From the IMG/VR virus record IMGVR_UViG_3300032087_006376, positions 32,001-96,000 of that record: a stretch of 64,000 nt of DNA. One strand, given 5' to 3'. Made by a program: the position numbers and the translations under genes. This document shows, piece by piece, positions 10,205 to 19,158 of the stretch. The number at the start of each line of letters is the position of its first letter. Within the stretch, counting starts at the first letter, position 1. The DNA comes from a virus. The notes beneath the pieces are model-generated. The model did not search any database and was not told where the DNA came from. It saw only the letters and a list, made by a program, of their open reading frames with translations.

Positions 10205-10276
10205 TTGTTCTGCAAGAATATTTCAAAGGATCAATACGCTAGACGTATTTCACTCTCTCAATATTAAGCAGCGCAA
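10205..10276 (+). ncRNA. Solo dual-loop stem-loop unit (TIGR-like family); variable segments AAGGA / CTCTC
   Basis: AATATT-TCA-aagga-TC-AATACG-ctaga-CGTATT-TCA-ctctc-TC-AATATT, the same architecture as the 35.3-35.8 kb array. Confidence 0.8.
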
Positions 10277-10285
10277 TTATTTTTC

Positions 10286-12181
10286 ATGAGAAAGAAAAAA
10301 ATATTAATCCATAGTAATTTTTGCAAAATGTTTACTGGTTTTGGTAAACACAAAAAAAACCTATTAAAGTATTTATATAAAACAGGTAAATATGAGTTAA
10401 TTGAACTTAGCAACGGATCTCCTTGGAGTTCCCCTAAAGTTAAATCTACACCATGGGAATCTTATGGCTCTTTGCCAGATGATCTAGAAACTCAAAAAGA
10501 AATTGCTTCTGATGAATCAAGAAAACATGGTGCTTCTTATGGTTCAGAAATGATTGATAAAGCTATATATGAACTCAAACCTGACGTGTATTTAGGGATA
10601 GAAGATATCTGGGCTTTTAGAGGTTTTTTCGATAAGCCATGGTGGAACAAAGTTCACTGCATTATTCACACCACATTAGACAGTTTGCCAATTTTACCAG
10701 ACGCCGTAGAAGCTGCAGACAAAATCAAAAATTATTACGTTTGGGCTTCTTTTGCTGAAAAAGCTTTAAATAAGATCGGACACAACCATGTAAAAACTAT
10801 AAGAGGTAGCATTGAAACTCAAAATTTCTTTAGATTCGACAATCAAGATAGAAACAAGTTGAGAAATTTTTTCGGTACCCAAGACAATTTCATCATAGGG
10901 TTTGTGTTTAGAAATCAATTGAGAAAATCTGTTCCAAATCTTTTAGATGGATTTAAAATCTTCACACAAAATAACCCGGACGCTAAAGCCAAACTTCTAC
11001 TCCACACTCATTGGTCTGAGGGGTGGGATATTTTAAAACTTTTAAAAGAAAAGAATATAGAAAGAACTGACATTTTAACAACATATTTTTGCTCCAGCTG
11101 CAATAGGTATGATATTAAATCATTTGAAGGCCAAAAAATTAAATGTAAATTTTGCCATCAAAATAATTCAAGCGAAACAACTAATGTGAAAAACGGAGTA
11201 GATGAAAGACAGTTGAATGAAATTTATAATTTGATGGATGTTTATTGCCATCCCTTTACTTCCGGTGGTCAAGAACTACCGATTCAAGAAGCTAAATTAA
11301 CAGAACTAGTAACTTTAGTAACTAATTATAGCTGCGGAGAAGATTGTTGTACAGATGAAAGCGGAGGCTTACCTTTGGACTGGACTGAATACAGAGAGCC
11401 CGGAACTCAATTTATAAAAGCTACCACATCCCCTATAAGTATTAGCAGCCAAATTGAAAAAGTCTACAAAATGCCCGAAGAAGAAAAACGTAGCAAAGAA
11501 AAAAAATCCAGACAATTTGTTTTAGAAAATTACAGCATAGAAAAAATAGGTAAACAATTTGAAGATTTAATAGACTCGTTTTCAGATGTAGAGTTTGATT
11601 ACAAAAAAGAACAAGAAATAAGAAATATCCATTTTGAACCAGACAATTCACTTCCAGATAAAGAATGGGTTGAGTCTTTATATGAAAATATATTAGGTAA
11701 AAGCGATCCACAAGGAACTAAACACTGGATCCACAGGTTAAAAACTGATTTATCAAGATCTAAAGTTATTGATTATTTTACTAAGGTGGCGCTAAAAGAA
11801 AAATACTTAAATGATTTTGAAGAATTTTTACAAGAAATGGAGAATACTCCAGAAGAAAAAAGAATAGCTTACATAGAACCATTAGGAAGCGAAGAAGTTA
11901 TCATAGCAACTTCAGTGATTTCTTCAATAAAAAAACTTTACCCTGAACATTCTATTTATTTTTTCACCAAAACAGAAAACATGGGGCTGGTTGACGCTCA
12001 TCCAGACATTAAAAGAACTTTAAATTACATACCCAAAATAAACGACCCGTTATTCTTGGAGGGTAAAGGCGACAAAAAAGGGTGTTTCGATGTAGTGTAT
12101 GCTCCTCATTTGTCAATTAAAAATAATTATACCAGAAATAACAAAGATAAACTAGATTATACAACTTATGAATCTGAGTGA
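10286..12181 (+). CDS. GT-B (family 4-like) glycosyltransferase with C-terminal extra domains
   Basis: IGFVFRNQLRKSVPNL, LNEIYNLMDVYCHP, GQELPIQEA; Zn-ribbon insert; GT9-like C-terminal start (G.EEVIIATSVISSIKKLYP). Confidence 0.8.
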   Translation: MRKKKILIHSNFCKMFTGFGKHKKNLLKYLYKTGKYELIELSNGSPWSSPKVKSTPWESYGSLPDDLETQKEIASDESRKHGASYGSEMIDKAIYELKPDVYLGIEDIWAFRGFFDKPWWNKVHCIIHTTLDSLPILPDAVEAADKIKNYYVWASFAEKALNKIGHNHVKTIRGSIETQNFFRFDNQDRNKLRNFFGTQDNFIIGFVFRNQLRKSVPNLLDGFKIFTQNNPDAKAKLLLHTHWSEGWDILKLLKEKNIERTDILTTYFCSSCNRYDIKSFEGQKIKCKFCHQNNSSETTNVKNGVDERQLNEIYNLMDVYCHPFTSGGQELPIQEAKLTELVTLVTNYSCGEDCCTDESGGLPLDWTEYREPGTQFIKATTSPISISSQIEKVYKMPEEEKRSKEKKSRQFVLENYSIEKIGKQFEDLIDSFSDVEFDYKKEQEIRNIHFEPDNSLPDKEWVESLYENILGKSDPQGTKHWIHRLKTDLSRSKVIDYFTKVALKEKYLNDFEEFLQEMENTPEEKRIAYIEPLGSEEVIIATSVISSIKKLYPEHSIYFFTKTENMGLVDAHPDIKRTLNYIPKINDPLFLEGKGDKKGCFDVVYAPHLSIKNNYTRNNKDKLDYTTYESE

Positions 12182-13364
12182 AAAAATAGCTTTAGATTGC
12201 GGCGTTAAATTAAACAAACCTTTCGTAGATAAATTTTTCTATCCTGTTATTGATGAAAAATATATAGTGATTGATTCTCGAAGCACTTTTAAAGAAGGTG
12301 TGTATGACTATTACAAAGATGTCGTACAGCTAGTAGAACCTTATTTAAGTGAGAACAACATAGAAATATATCAATTTGCAGACGACTCTTCTATTAGAAT
12401 AAAGTCTAAAAAATGCTTTATTAAAATCAATAAAAAACAAGAAAACTACATCATAGATAAATCACAGTTAGTTGTATCTAATGAAAACTACACTTTGTAC
12501 ACAGCTTCGGCTCTAAACAAAAAATCAATTGGTCTTTATTCTGTATTCAACCCAAGCAGCAGAGCTCCTATTTGGAATAAAAACAATCAAGTAGTTTTAG
12601 AGTCTGATAGATTTGGCAACAAACCATCTTATAATACTTTATCAGAAAATCCTAAAGCTGTTAATCTAATTGATCCATATGAAGTAGCTAAAAATATTTT
12701 AGATAGCTTGAAAATTAAAAATGATTTAGATAAATATGATTTAGTTTTTCTAGGCAGAGATTATAACCAAAAAATCGTTGAAATAATTCCAGATTTTATG
12801 TCTGATGAAAATTTTCTAAAAAATCAGTCTATAAATTTAAGATTGGATTATGTAGATGATTTGGACGCTAAAGTTTTACTTTACTGGTTAAAAAACAGAA
12901 AAGTAAATATAATAACTAACAAAGATTTAAATATCGATCTACTGAAATCTTATAGAGAAAATATTGTGGCTGTCACGGCAATGGCCTCAGATAACATCAC
13001 AACTAATTTTATTAAACTTTGTAAATCTGTAGGAGTGAAAATAAATCTTTATTGCGACGACAAAGAAAAGTTTAAAGAATATAAATTTAAATTTCTAGAC
13101 TGGGAAGTTGAACAAGATTTTTCAGACGAAGAAATAATTCCTACTTTAGAAAAATTTTCAGAATCCTCAAAATACCATAGCTCTAAAATTATTTTATCTA
13201 AAGGCAAAAGATATACATGTAAAGCTGCTTTTCTGGCTGGAAAAACTCTTGACATGAACGGAAATGATGTTATATTGGATAAAGAATTCGAAAAAGAAAT
13301 TGAATTTTTCAAAATATTCAATGTAAACAATCATGCAAAAAATAAAACTTCAGTCAAGAAATGA
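12168..13364 (+). CDS. Hypothetical, GT9-like glycosyltransferase-related protein
   Basis: Coupled to the GT4 gene. IDKSQLVVSNE...ASALNKKSIGLY resembles the GT9 C-terminal half. Confidence 0.45.
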   Translation: MNLSEKIALDCGVKLNKPFVDKFFYPVIDEKYIVIDSRSTFKEGVYDYYKDVVQLVEPYLSENNIEIYQFADDSSIRIKSKKCFIKINKKQENYIIDKSQLVVSNENYTLYTASALNKKSIGLYSVFNPSSRAPIWNKNNQVVLESDRFGNKPSYNTLSENPKAVNLIDPYEVAKNILDSLKIKNDLDKYDLVFLGRDYNQKIVEIIPDFMSDENFLKNQSINLRLDYVDDLDAKVLLYWLKNRKVNIITNKDLNIDLLKSYRENIVAVTAMASDNITTNFIKLCKSVGVKINLYCDDKEKFKEYKFKFLDWEVEQDFSDEEIIPTLEKFSESSKYHSSKIILSKGKRYTCKAAFLAGKTLDMNGNDVILDKEFEKEIEFFKIFNVNNHAKNKTSVKK

Positions 13365-14073
13365 GTTTGGTCTGCTTGAAAATGTAAACTACGAGCAGAA
13401 CGATGATGGGTCCGTCAACTGGAGAGCTATGGTAGCTCTTGAACATTTGTACCCAAATAAAGGATGGTTTCAGAAATTCAACAAGCCATTTCCTAAATCT
13501 GCTGAAGGTTTAGATGACAACCAATTACTAATTAAGCTTTCAGGAATCAAAGAGCTCGCTAAACTGAGAGGATTCACTGAAGTTAAATATGAAGTAATTA
13601 AATGTGAGCTTAACCACGTTGCTGTCAAATGCGGAATTACATGGATAGGTAATTATGAGTCAGAAGGAAAACCTGTATATTTTGAAGATATTGCTAACGC
13701 AACAGCACATAATACAAATGATTTCGCATTGAAATTTTTAGAAACTATAGCTGCAAATAGAGCTTTCGTAAGATGCGTTAGAAACTTTCTTAATGTCCAT
13801 ATTGTTGGGTGGGATGAAATTGATTCTTCCTCAAAAGATAGCTCAGAATTAATTGAAGAAATTACTGAAGCTACCTTACCTTCCGCTCAGAAAACACTTG
13901 AAAAAGCTGCAAGAAAAAAAGGGTATGATACATTTGATGAATTTAAAAGCTTCTTGAGAGATATGTGGAAATCAGAAAAATATCAAAATGAAGATGTCAA
14001 AACTTGGGGTGGTTACTTTGACATCCCCGCTTCAGACTCAAGAAAACTGATGGTACTTTTAAAGAAAAGCTAA
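13333..14073 (+). CDS. Probable Rad52/Sak-like single-strand annealing protein
   Basis: LIKLSGIKELAKLRGF, VAVKCGITW and ETIAANRAFVRCVRNFL fit the A.T.A..RA pattern of the Rad52-like fold. Confidence 0.4.
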   Translation: MQKIKLQSRNEFGLLENVNYEQNDDGSVNWRAMVALEHLYPNKGWFQKFNKPFPKSAEGLDDNQLLIKLSGIKELAKLRGFTEVKYEVIKCELNHVAVKCGITWIGNYESEGKPVYFEDIANATAHNTNDFALKFLETIAANRAFVRCVRNFLNVHIVGWDEIDSSSKDSSELIEEITEATLPSAQKTLEKAARKKGYDTFDEFKSFLRDMWKSEKYQNEDVKTWGGYFDIPASDSRKLMVLLKKS

Positions 14074-14074
14074 T

Positions 14075-14503
14075 ATGAAAATCGAGATTAAAAAACTTTC
14101 TGAAAACGCCACACTTCCTACTCAAGGCTCTGAATACGCTGCTGGTTATGATTTATACGCAGCTGAACAAGGCGTTGTTCCCTCTGAATGCAGACTTTTG
14201 ATTAAGACTAACATTTCTGTTTCTATTCCTGATGGTTATTATGGAAGAATCGCTCCTCGTTCTGGTCTCGCATATAAGAGTGGTATTGACGTGATGGCCG
14301 GTGTAATTGATGCAGATTATCGTGGAGATATTGGAGTTATTTTATATAATACAGATGTAAAAGATTTCGAATTCCAAAAAGGAGATAGAATCGCTCAGTT
14401 AATTATCGAAAAATGTCATAAGGTTGAATGGCAAGAAGTTTCTGAGCTTGAAGATTCAGTTAGGTCAGATGGAGGATTCGGATCAACAGGAGTTAGTAAA
14501 TGA
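14075..14503 (+). CDS. dut: Trimeric dUTPase
   Basis: AAGYDL, RIAPRSGLA, GVIDADYRG, RIAQL, RSDGGFGSTG. Confidence 0.97.
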   Translation: MKIEIKKLSENATLPTQGSEYAAGYDLYAAEQGVVPSECRLLIKTNISVSIPDGYYGRIAPRSGLAYKSGIDVMAGVIDADYRGDIGVILYNTDVKDFEFQKGDRIAQLIIEKCHKVEWQEVSELEDSVRSDGGFGSTGVSK

Positions 14504-14763
14504 TGAAAGAACAACATCTTAGGAAAATTATCGACAAACAGTTTAAAATTGCTAAAGTTGATTTGAAGTTCGAGGATGTGTGCGAAAACAAAATACCAAA
14601 CTGGTATAAGAAATACACATGCACTGAAGAAGAAAATAAAAAGTGGGTCACTTGGATGAAGAAGTACATCAAAGATAATTTAAAAATGACTAATGATAGA
14701 GCCCACATTCAAGCTGCTTGGATCAATATGAATTATGGTCTAAAAGTTAAGAAACAGAAATGA
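14500..14763 (+). CDS. Hypothetical protein
   Basis: ORF overlapping its neighbours at both ends. Confidence 0.55.
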   Translation: MMKEQHLRKIIDKQFKIAKVDLKFEDVCENKIPNWYKKYTCTEEENKKWVTWMKKYIKDNLKMTNDRAHIQAAWINMNYGLKVKKQK

Positions 14764-15095
14764 AAATATCTTCTCCTTGCACTGGTTTTTGCAAATTCGA
14801 AAATGATGTTTGCACAGTGTGTTGGAGAACAAAAGAACATCTTTTAAATTGGCCCCGATATACAGAAGAGGAAAGACTTGAAATAATGAGCGACTTACAA
14901 GCAAATAAGGCCAAATATTTTGAAGAAGTTTTGTCATTTCTTGATCAATATAAAAATGCTCGTCGTCAACTATTTGAGGAAATGTGTAATAAATTAAATG
15001 TGTCTTATGAACATAAATACGCATTTTTTAATTACTGCCTGAACGGTCACGCAATTGACGAGTGGCCAGACATTCTCAACAAATATTTAAAATGA
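14760..15095 (+). CDS. DUF1289-like Cys-rich protein
   Basis: SPCTGFC..ENDVCTVCWRT..H..NW pattern. Confidence 0.65.
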   Translation: MKISSPCTGFCKFENDVCTVCWRTKEHLLNWPRYTEEERLEIMSDLQANKAKYFEEVLSFLDQYKNARRQLFEEMCNKLNVSYEHKYAFFNYCLNGHAIDEWPDILNKYLK

Positions 15096-15322
15096 GCGCA
15101 GGTAAAGGAGACAAACCTCGTAATTGTTTTAGCTCTTCGTTTAAAAATAACTACGATGAAATTAACTGGGGAGAACAGCAGAATAAAAATTCAAACAGCA
15201 GTATTGAATTTAAAAAAGATAAAAACTTTAAAATTCTAGAAAATAAAACTTGCCCTCAGTGCAATAATGCAGTAAGGTTTAACTTCAAAGCTTGCGGAAG
15301 TTGCGGATATGTCTTTAGATAA
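15092..15322 (+). CDS. Small protein with C-terminal Zn ribbon
   Basis: MSAGKGDKPR start; CPQC...CGSC. Confidence 0.5.
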   Translation: MSAGKGDKPRNCFSSSFKNNYDEINWGEQQNKNSNSSIEFKKDKNFKILENKTCPQCNNAVRFNFKACGSCGYVFR

Positions 15323-15518
15323 AATACTTGAAAAATATAAGAAAAAATCGGAGCAAAATTTGAATAAGTTATTAACAGAATACTGGACTTGTCAATATTG
15401 CGGTGAAGATACTTCCAAAGAACTAAAAAGTGAATTGTCTGGACCAGACCATTGGGATTGTATTTTGAACGCAATTATTGTAGATGATAAAAAAATAGAT
15501 AATGAACAACAAAGTTGA
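15309..15518 (+). CDS. Small Zn-finger-like hypothetical protein
   Basis: WTCQYCGE..HWDC; overlaps its neighbours. Confidence 0.45.
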   Translation: MSLDKILEKYKKKSEQNLNKLLTEYWTCQYCGEDTSKELKSELSGPDHWDCILNAIIVDDKKIDNEQQS

Positions 15519-16122
15519 ATTAATTGGTTACTACGGAGATGATCTTGTTCATGCTTGCTCAGCTTGGACATCAACAAGCAGGGATTTAAATGAAGATAAA
15601 ATTAAAAGAGTGGGCAAGCTCCTTGATATGCTTGCTAGCAACGGTCATCATACTCCTTTTGAAAAGTCTTCTCTTCATTTTCTTGTGGATACTGACATTG
15701 CTAGTCACATCCACTTGCTTAAGCATCGCATTGGTGTCTCTATTAATGGAGAAAGCGCAAGGTATAAAGAAATCAAGGAAGACAAATATATTATCCCCGA
15801 AGATTGGCCCACAAAGTGGCAAGAAAAATTGCGAGACTATTCAAATAAAGGAAATGAATTATATCACGAAGTCATCAAAGATCTTGAAGAATCACTTGGA
15901 AGAAAACGAGTAAAAGAGTCAGCTAGATTTTTTAAAACATACAACTCACAAATTTGTGCGGATGTTATGTTTAACTGGAGATCTTTTTATCATTTCTTAA
16001 ATTTAAGAAACAAACCTGATGCCCAGAAAGAAATTAGAGATATAGCTTTTGAAATGCTTGAGCTTGTTAAAAATATTGAAGGTAACCCTTTTGAACACAC
16101 AATAAAAGCTTTTAAACTTTAA
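15502..16122 (+). CDS. thyX: FAD-dependent thymidylate synthase
   Basis: GHHTPFEK, HLLKHRIGVSINGESARY (RHR...S.RY variant), NWRSFYHFLNLR, AQKEIR. Confidence 0.95.
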   Translation: MNNKVELIGYYGDDLVHACSAWTSTSRDLNEDKIKRVGKLLDMLASNGHHTPFEKSSLHFLVDTDIASHIHLLKHRIGVSINGESARYKEIKEDKYIIPEDWPTKWQEKLRDYSNKGNELYHEVIKDLEESLGRKRVKESARFFKTYNSQICADVMFNWRSFYHFLNLRNKPDAQKEIRDIAFEMLELVKNIEGNPFEHTIKAFKL

Positions 16123-16148
16123 CCCCACTCAGGTAACCCAAGCAGCAT

Positions 16149-16186
16149 GAAGCCACCCTCTTTTTAAGGGGGTGGCTTTCTTTTTT
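16149..16186 (+). terminator. Rho-independent terminator
   Basis: AAGCCACCCTC / GGGGGTGGCTT hairpin plus T-run. Confidence 0.8.
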
Positions 16187-16211
16187 GTGTTTATAAGTGT
16201 AAATAATATTG

Positions 16212-16643
16212 ATGGTACCTCCAGAATTAATTTCTATGGCCTTTGGAAGCCTTTCTGGCTTCATATTTAAGTTTATGGCTCAAAGAGCTAAAGAGAAAGC
16301 TGAGATGCTTAAAATGGCTCTTAAAACACAACAAGCGAATGAGGACGCTCATAACGCTGCTGTTCAACGCGTATCAGTCGATGGCGGTAAGTGGGTTAGG
16401 CGACTGATAGTCGTTTCAACTTTATTCGGGGTAATTATTGCTCCATTTTTTCTCGCATTATTAAATGAACCATTATACGTACAAATAGCAGAAACAAAAA
16501 GATCATATTTGTTTGGCTTATTTGGTGGCGGAACTGATAATTATTTTGTAAGAGTTGATGGATATTTAATGATTCCAGAGGTCAGGCAAACTTTAACGGC
16601 TATAGTAGGCTTTTATTTCGGTAGTTCAGTAGTAAAATCATGA
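16212..16643 (+). CDS. Membrane protein, possible 3-TM holin-like
   Basis: Hydrophobic helices; WVR.LIV and LTAIVGFYFGSS resemble GTA-type holins. ATG at 16212 is 9 nt after GTGTAA. Confidence 0.5.
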   Translation: MVPPELISMAFGSLSGFIFKFMAQRAKEKAEMLKMALKTQQANEDAHNAAVQRVSVDGGKWVRRLIVVSTLFGVIIAPFFLALLNEPLYVQIAETKRSYLFGLFGGGTDNYFVRVDGYLMIPEVRQTLTAIVGFYFGSSVVKS

Positions 16644-16900
16644 TCAAGTATATTTTTTTAACGTTAACGCTAATTTTTATTTGTTCTTGTTCTACAGTCA
16701 GAGGCTTTAAAAAAAATGATGAACGAGTATTAATTCCCAAAAGAGCTGAAGCTCAAAATAGGTTTATAAGATCTGCTGATGAAAAACCTAATCCAGAAAA
16801 GCAAGTCTTATCACCACAAGCATTCACAAAGTGGACTTTATTTTCTAGCGCAGGTAGTTTTATGATATTTCAATTCTTAAGGTGGAAACATATAGTATAA
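16640..16900 (+). CDS. Small putative lipoprotein
   Basis: Signal peptide with LIFICSC lipobox-like Cys and a C-terminal hydrophobic stretch; follows the holin-like gene. Confidence 0.4.
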   Translation: MIKYIFLTLTLIFICSCSTVRGFKKNDERVLIPKRAEAQNRFIRSADEKPNPEKQVLSPQAFTKWTLFSSAGSFMIFQFLRWKHIV

Positions 16901-16901
16901 A

Positions 16902-18086
16902 ATGGATATATTAAGAATAACTGGAGCAAAAAGTCTTTGGCACTATTTTAAATTCACATTTTCAGCTTGTTACCGCAAACAACTGCAGGTTGAAAAAGCC
17001 AAACAACAGCAGACATTAAACGAATTAATATTAAAAGATAAACTTCTTGAAGAAACAAGTCTTATTAGTAAAGCTGATGCTAAAGGTAGAATTACTTATG
17101 CAAATGATAAGTTTTTAAAAGTTACTGGGTACACTTTAGAAGAATGTATTGGCCAAGACCACAATATTGTTAACTCAGGTCATCACCCAAAAGAAGTATG
17201 GGTAGACATGTACAAAACTGTTGTTAAAGAAAAAAAGATTTGGCATCATCCATGTGTTGTTAATAAATCTAAAGATGGCAAACTTTATTATGTTAAATCG
17301 TGGATTCAAGGTGAATTTGATTTATCAGGTAAATTAAAAGGTTTTATAAGTATTAGGCACGACATCACAAGTTTAATAAATCAACAAAAAGAAATTTCTG
17401 AAAAAAATACTTACTTAGAACATGCCGCCAAAATTCTTCGCCACGACATGCATAGCGGTATAAACACTTACATTCCAAGAGGTGTTTCTTCTTTAAAAAG
17501 AAGGTTAACTGACGAAGCTATCAAAGAGCTTAAATTAGAAGCGCCATTAAAACTAATACAAGAAGGACTAACTCACACTCAAAAAGTCTATAAAGGCGTT
17601 TATGAATTTAGTAATTTAGTTAGACAAGATAATGAACTAAACAAAGAAAAAGTAGATTTAAAGGCTATACTTTTAGATTATTTATCTAGCACGTCTTATG
17701 CTGATCAAGTTTTGATTAACGACCTACCCACAATGCCAGTGAATGAAGCTTTATTTTGTACTGCAATAGATAATTTAATTCGAAATGGCTTAAAATACAA
17801 CGATTCTGACACTAAGAAAGTAGAAATATTCTATAGTAAAAGTACTCACGATCTTTTCATAGAAGACAACGGTAGAGGTTTAACTCAGAAAGATTTAGAA
17901 TTCTTAATGAAACCTTATACCAGAAAAGCTGATCAAAAAGAATCCGGTTCTGGTTTAGGATTAAATATATGTATAGCTATCTTAGAACAACACAATTTTA
18001 AAGTTTCATGCGAAAAGCTTCCGGCACCTTATACAGGCACAAGATTTAAAATAGATCTAGGAAAAATTTCAGAATATAAAATTTAA
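16902..18086 (+). CDS. PAS-domain sensor histidine kinase
   Basis: PAS (ISKADAKGRITYANDKF, NSGHHP, FISIRHDIT), H-box ILRHDM, N-box DNLIRNGLKY, G1 IEDNGRG, G2 GSGLGLNIC. Confidence 0.93.
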   Translation: MDILRITGAKSLWHYFKFTFSACYRKQLQVEKAKQQQTLNELILKDKLLEETSLISKADAKGRITYANDKFLKVTGYTLEECIGQDHNIVNSGHHPKEVWVDMYKTVVKEKKIWHHPCVVNKSKDGKLYYVKSWIQGEFDLSGKLKGFISIRHDITSLINQQKEISEKNTYLEHAAKILRHDMHSGINTYIPRGVSSLKRRLTDEAIKELKLEAPLKLIQEGLTHTQKVYKGVYEFSNLVRQDNELNKEKVDLKAILLDYLSSTSYADQVLINDLPTMPVNEALFCTAIDNLIRNGLKYNDSDTKKVEIFYSKSTHDLFIEDNGRGLTQKDLEFLMKPYTRKADQKESGSGLGLNICIAILEQHNFKVSCEKLPAPYTGTRFKIDLGKISEYKI

Positions 18087-18111
18087 AGTGTAATAAATAA
18101 AAAGGTTTAAG

Positions 18112-18543
18112 ATGATAGATTCGATTTTATTAGTAGATGACGAAAATTTATTTCATTTGGTTTTTGAAGACGCTTGCAGTCTCTTAGATATAACTTTGAA
18201 TTTAAAAGCTTTAAGTAGCGCAGATCATGCTGAAGATTATTTTGCTAATCTTGTTAAAGAAAATAAAATTAAACCGGATTGTATATTTGTTGACTTAAAC
18301 ATTATTGGGTCTAGTTTTGACGGCATAGAACTAGTAAGAAGAATTAACTTCGAACACGGGGATGGGGTCGTAATTGGCATTATATCTAGCTCTGATGACG
18401 AGCAAGAACAAGCCAAAGCCTTAAAAGCTGGTGCTCAATTCTGGATTATCAAATCAGATGAAATCGAACCTCGACTAGAAGATTTCACTAAAGATTTCGA
18501 TGGGTATAAATCGAGAACAGCTCCTTTTAAGGTTTATAAATGA
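18112..18543 (+). CDS. Single-domain response regulator (receiver)
   Basis: ILLVDDE, phospho-acceptor IFVDLN, SSS, AGAQFWIIK. Confidence 0.92.
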   Translation: MIDSILLVDDENLFHLVFEDACSLLDITLNLKALSSADHAEDYFANLVKENKIKPDCIFVDLNIIGSSFDGIELVRRINFEHGDGVVIGIISSSDDEQEQAKALKAGAQFWIIKSDEIEPRLEDFTKDFDGYKSRTAPFKVYK

Positions 18544-19118
18544 TACGTTTTAGTGATGACTTAAAAAAAGAATTAATACAATTAGCCGCCGAAAAAGAAA
18601 TTTTTCTGGAGGGTAATATCACTAAAATTATCGATACAGACGGTCACGCAGAGTTTCACTCCTACATTCAGTCAGCAATAAATAGAGACAGAGAAAACAG
18701 AAAAAAACGTCTCGAAATTACAAAAACCATTCAAGAGCAAAATAAAGCTCTAATGGAATGGAAATCCCACAACGAAGAATTGAATAAAGAACTTCAATTA
18801 GCTTTAGCAGAGTCTGAAAAAGCTAAACAACTTGCAGAAAATGATTTAGACGTATTGCAAAAAAAAACGCAAAACGAATTAGTTGGTTCGATTGTGAAAG
18901 TTGCACTATGGATTATATGCGGGGTTGGGACAATAACTTCAATTCTTTTCGCTCTTACTTTATTCACGGGTTTAGAAAACAAAACCGTGGAATCTTCTTG
19001 GAGCAACATGTTCAGCATTCTCTTAACTAATAGCTTCAGCATAGTTGGCACTATTATGGGCGTTAAATATGCCGGTAACAAAGGCAGCGGTAAATGTCAA
19101 TATTGCAAAAAAAATTAA
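18540..19118 (+). CDS. Coiled-coil protein with two C-terminal TM helices
   Basis: Heptad-rich middle region and two hydrophobic segments; translationally coupled to the receiver gene. Confidence 0.65.
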   Translation: MIRFSDDLKKELIQLAAEKEIFLEGNITKIIDTDGHAEFHSYIQSAINRDRENRKKRLEITKTIQEQNKALMEWKSHNEELNKELQLALAESEKAKQLAENDLDVLQKKTQNELVGSIVKVALWIICGVGTITSILFALTLFTGLENKTVESSWSNMFSILLTNSFSIVGTIMGVKYAGNKGSGKCQYCKKN

Positions 19119-19158
19119 ATAAAACCGGCAAAATCGCTACCGGCGTGTAAAGTTAGGC

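Noticed and set aside
1832-13330. Short antisense ORFs inside dnaE, clpC, tubulin and GT genes
   Set aside because: They are fully nested opposite well-supported genes and have no recognisable motifs.
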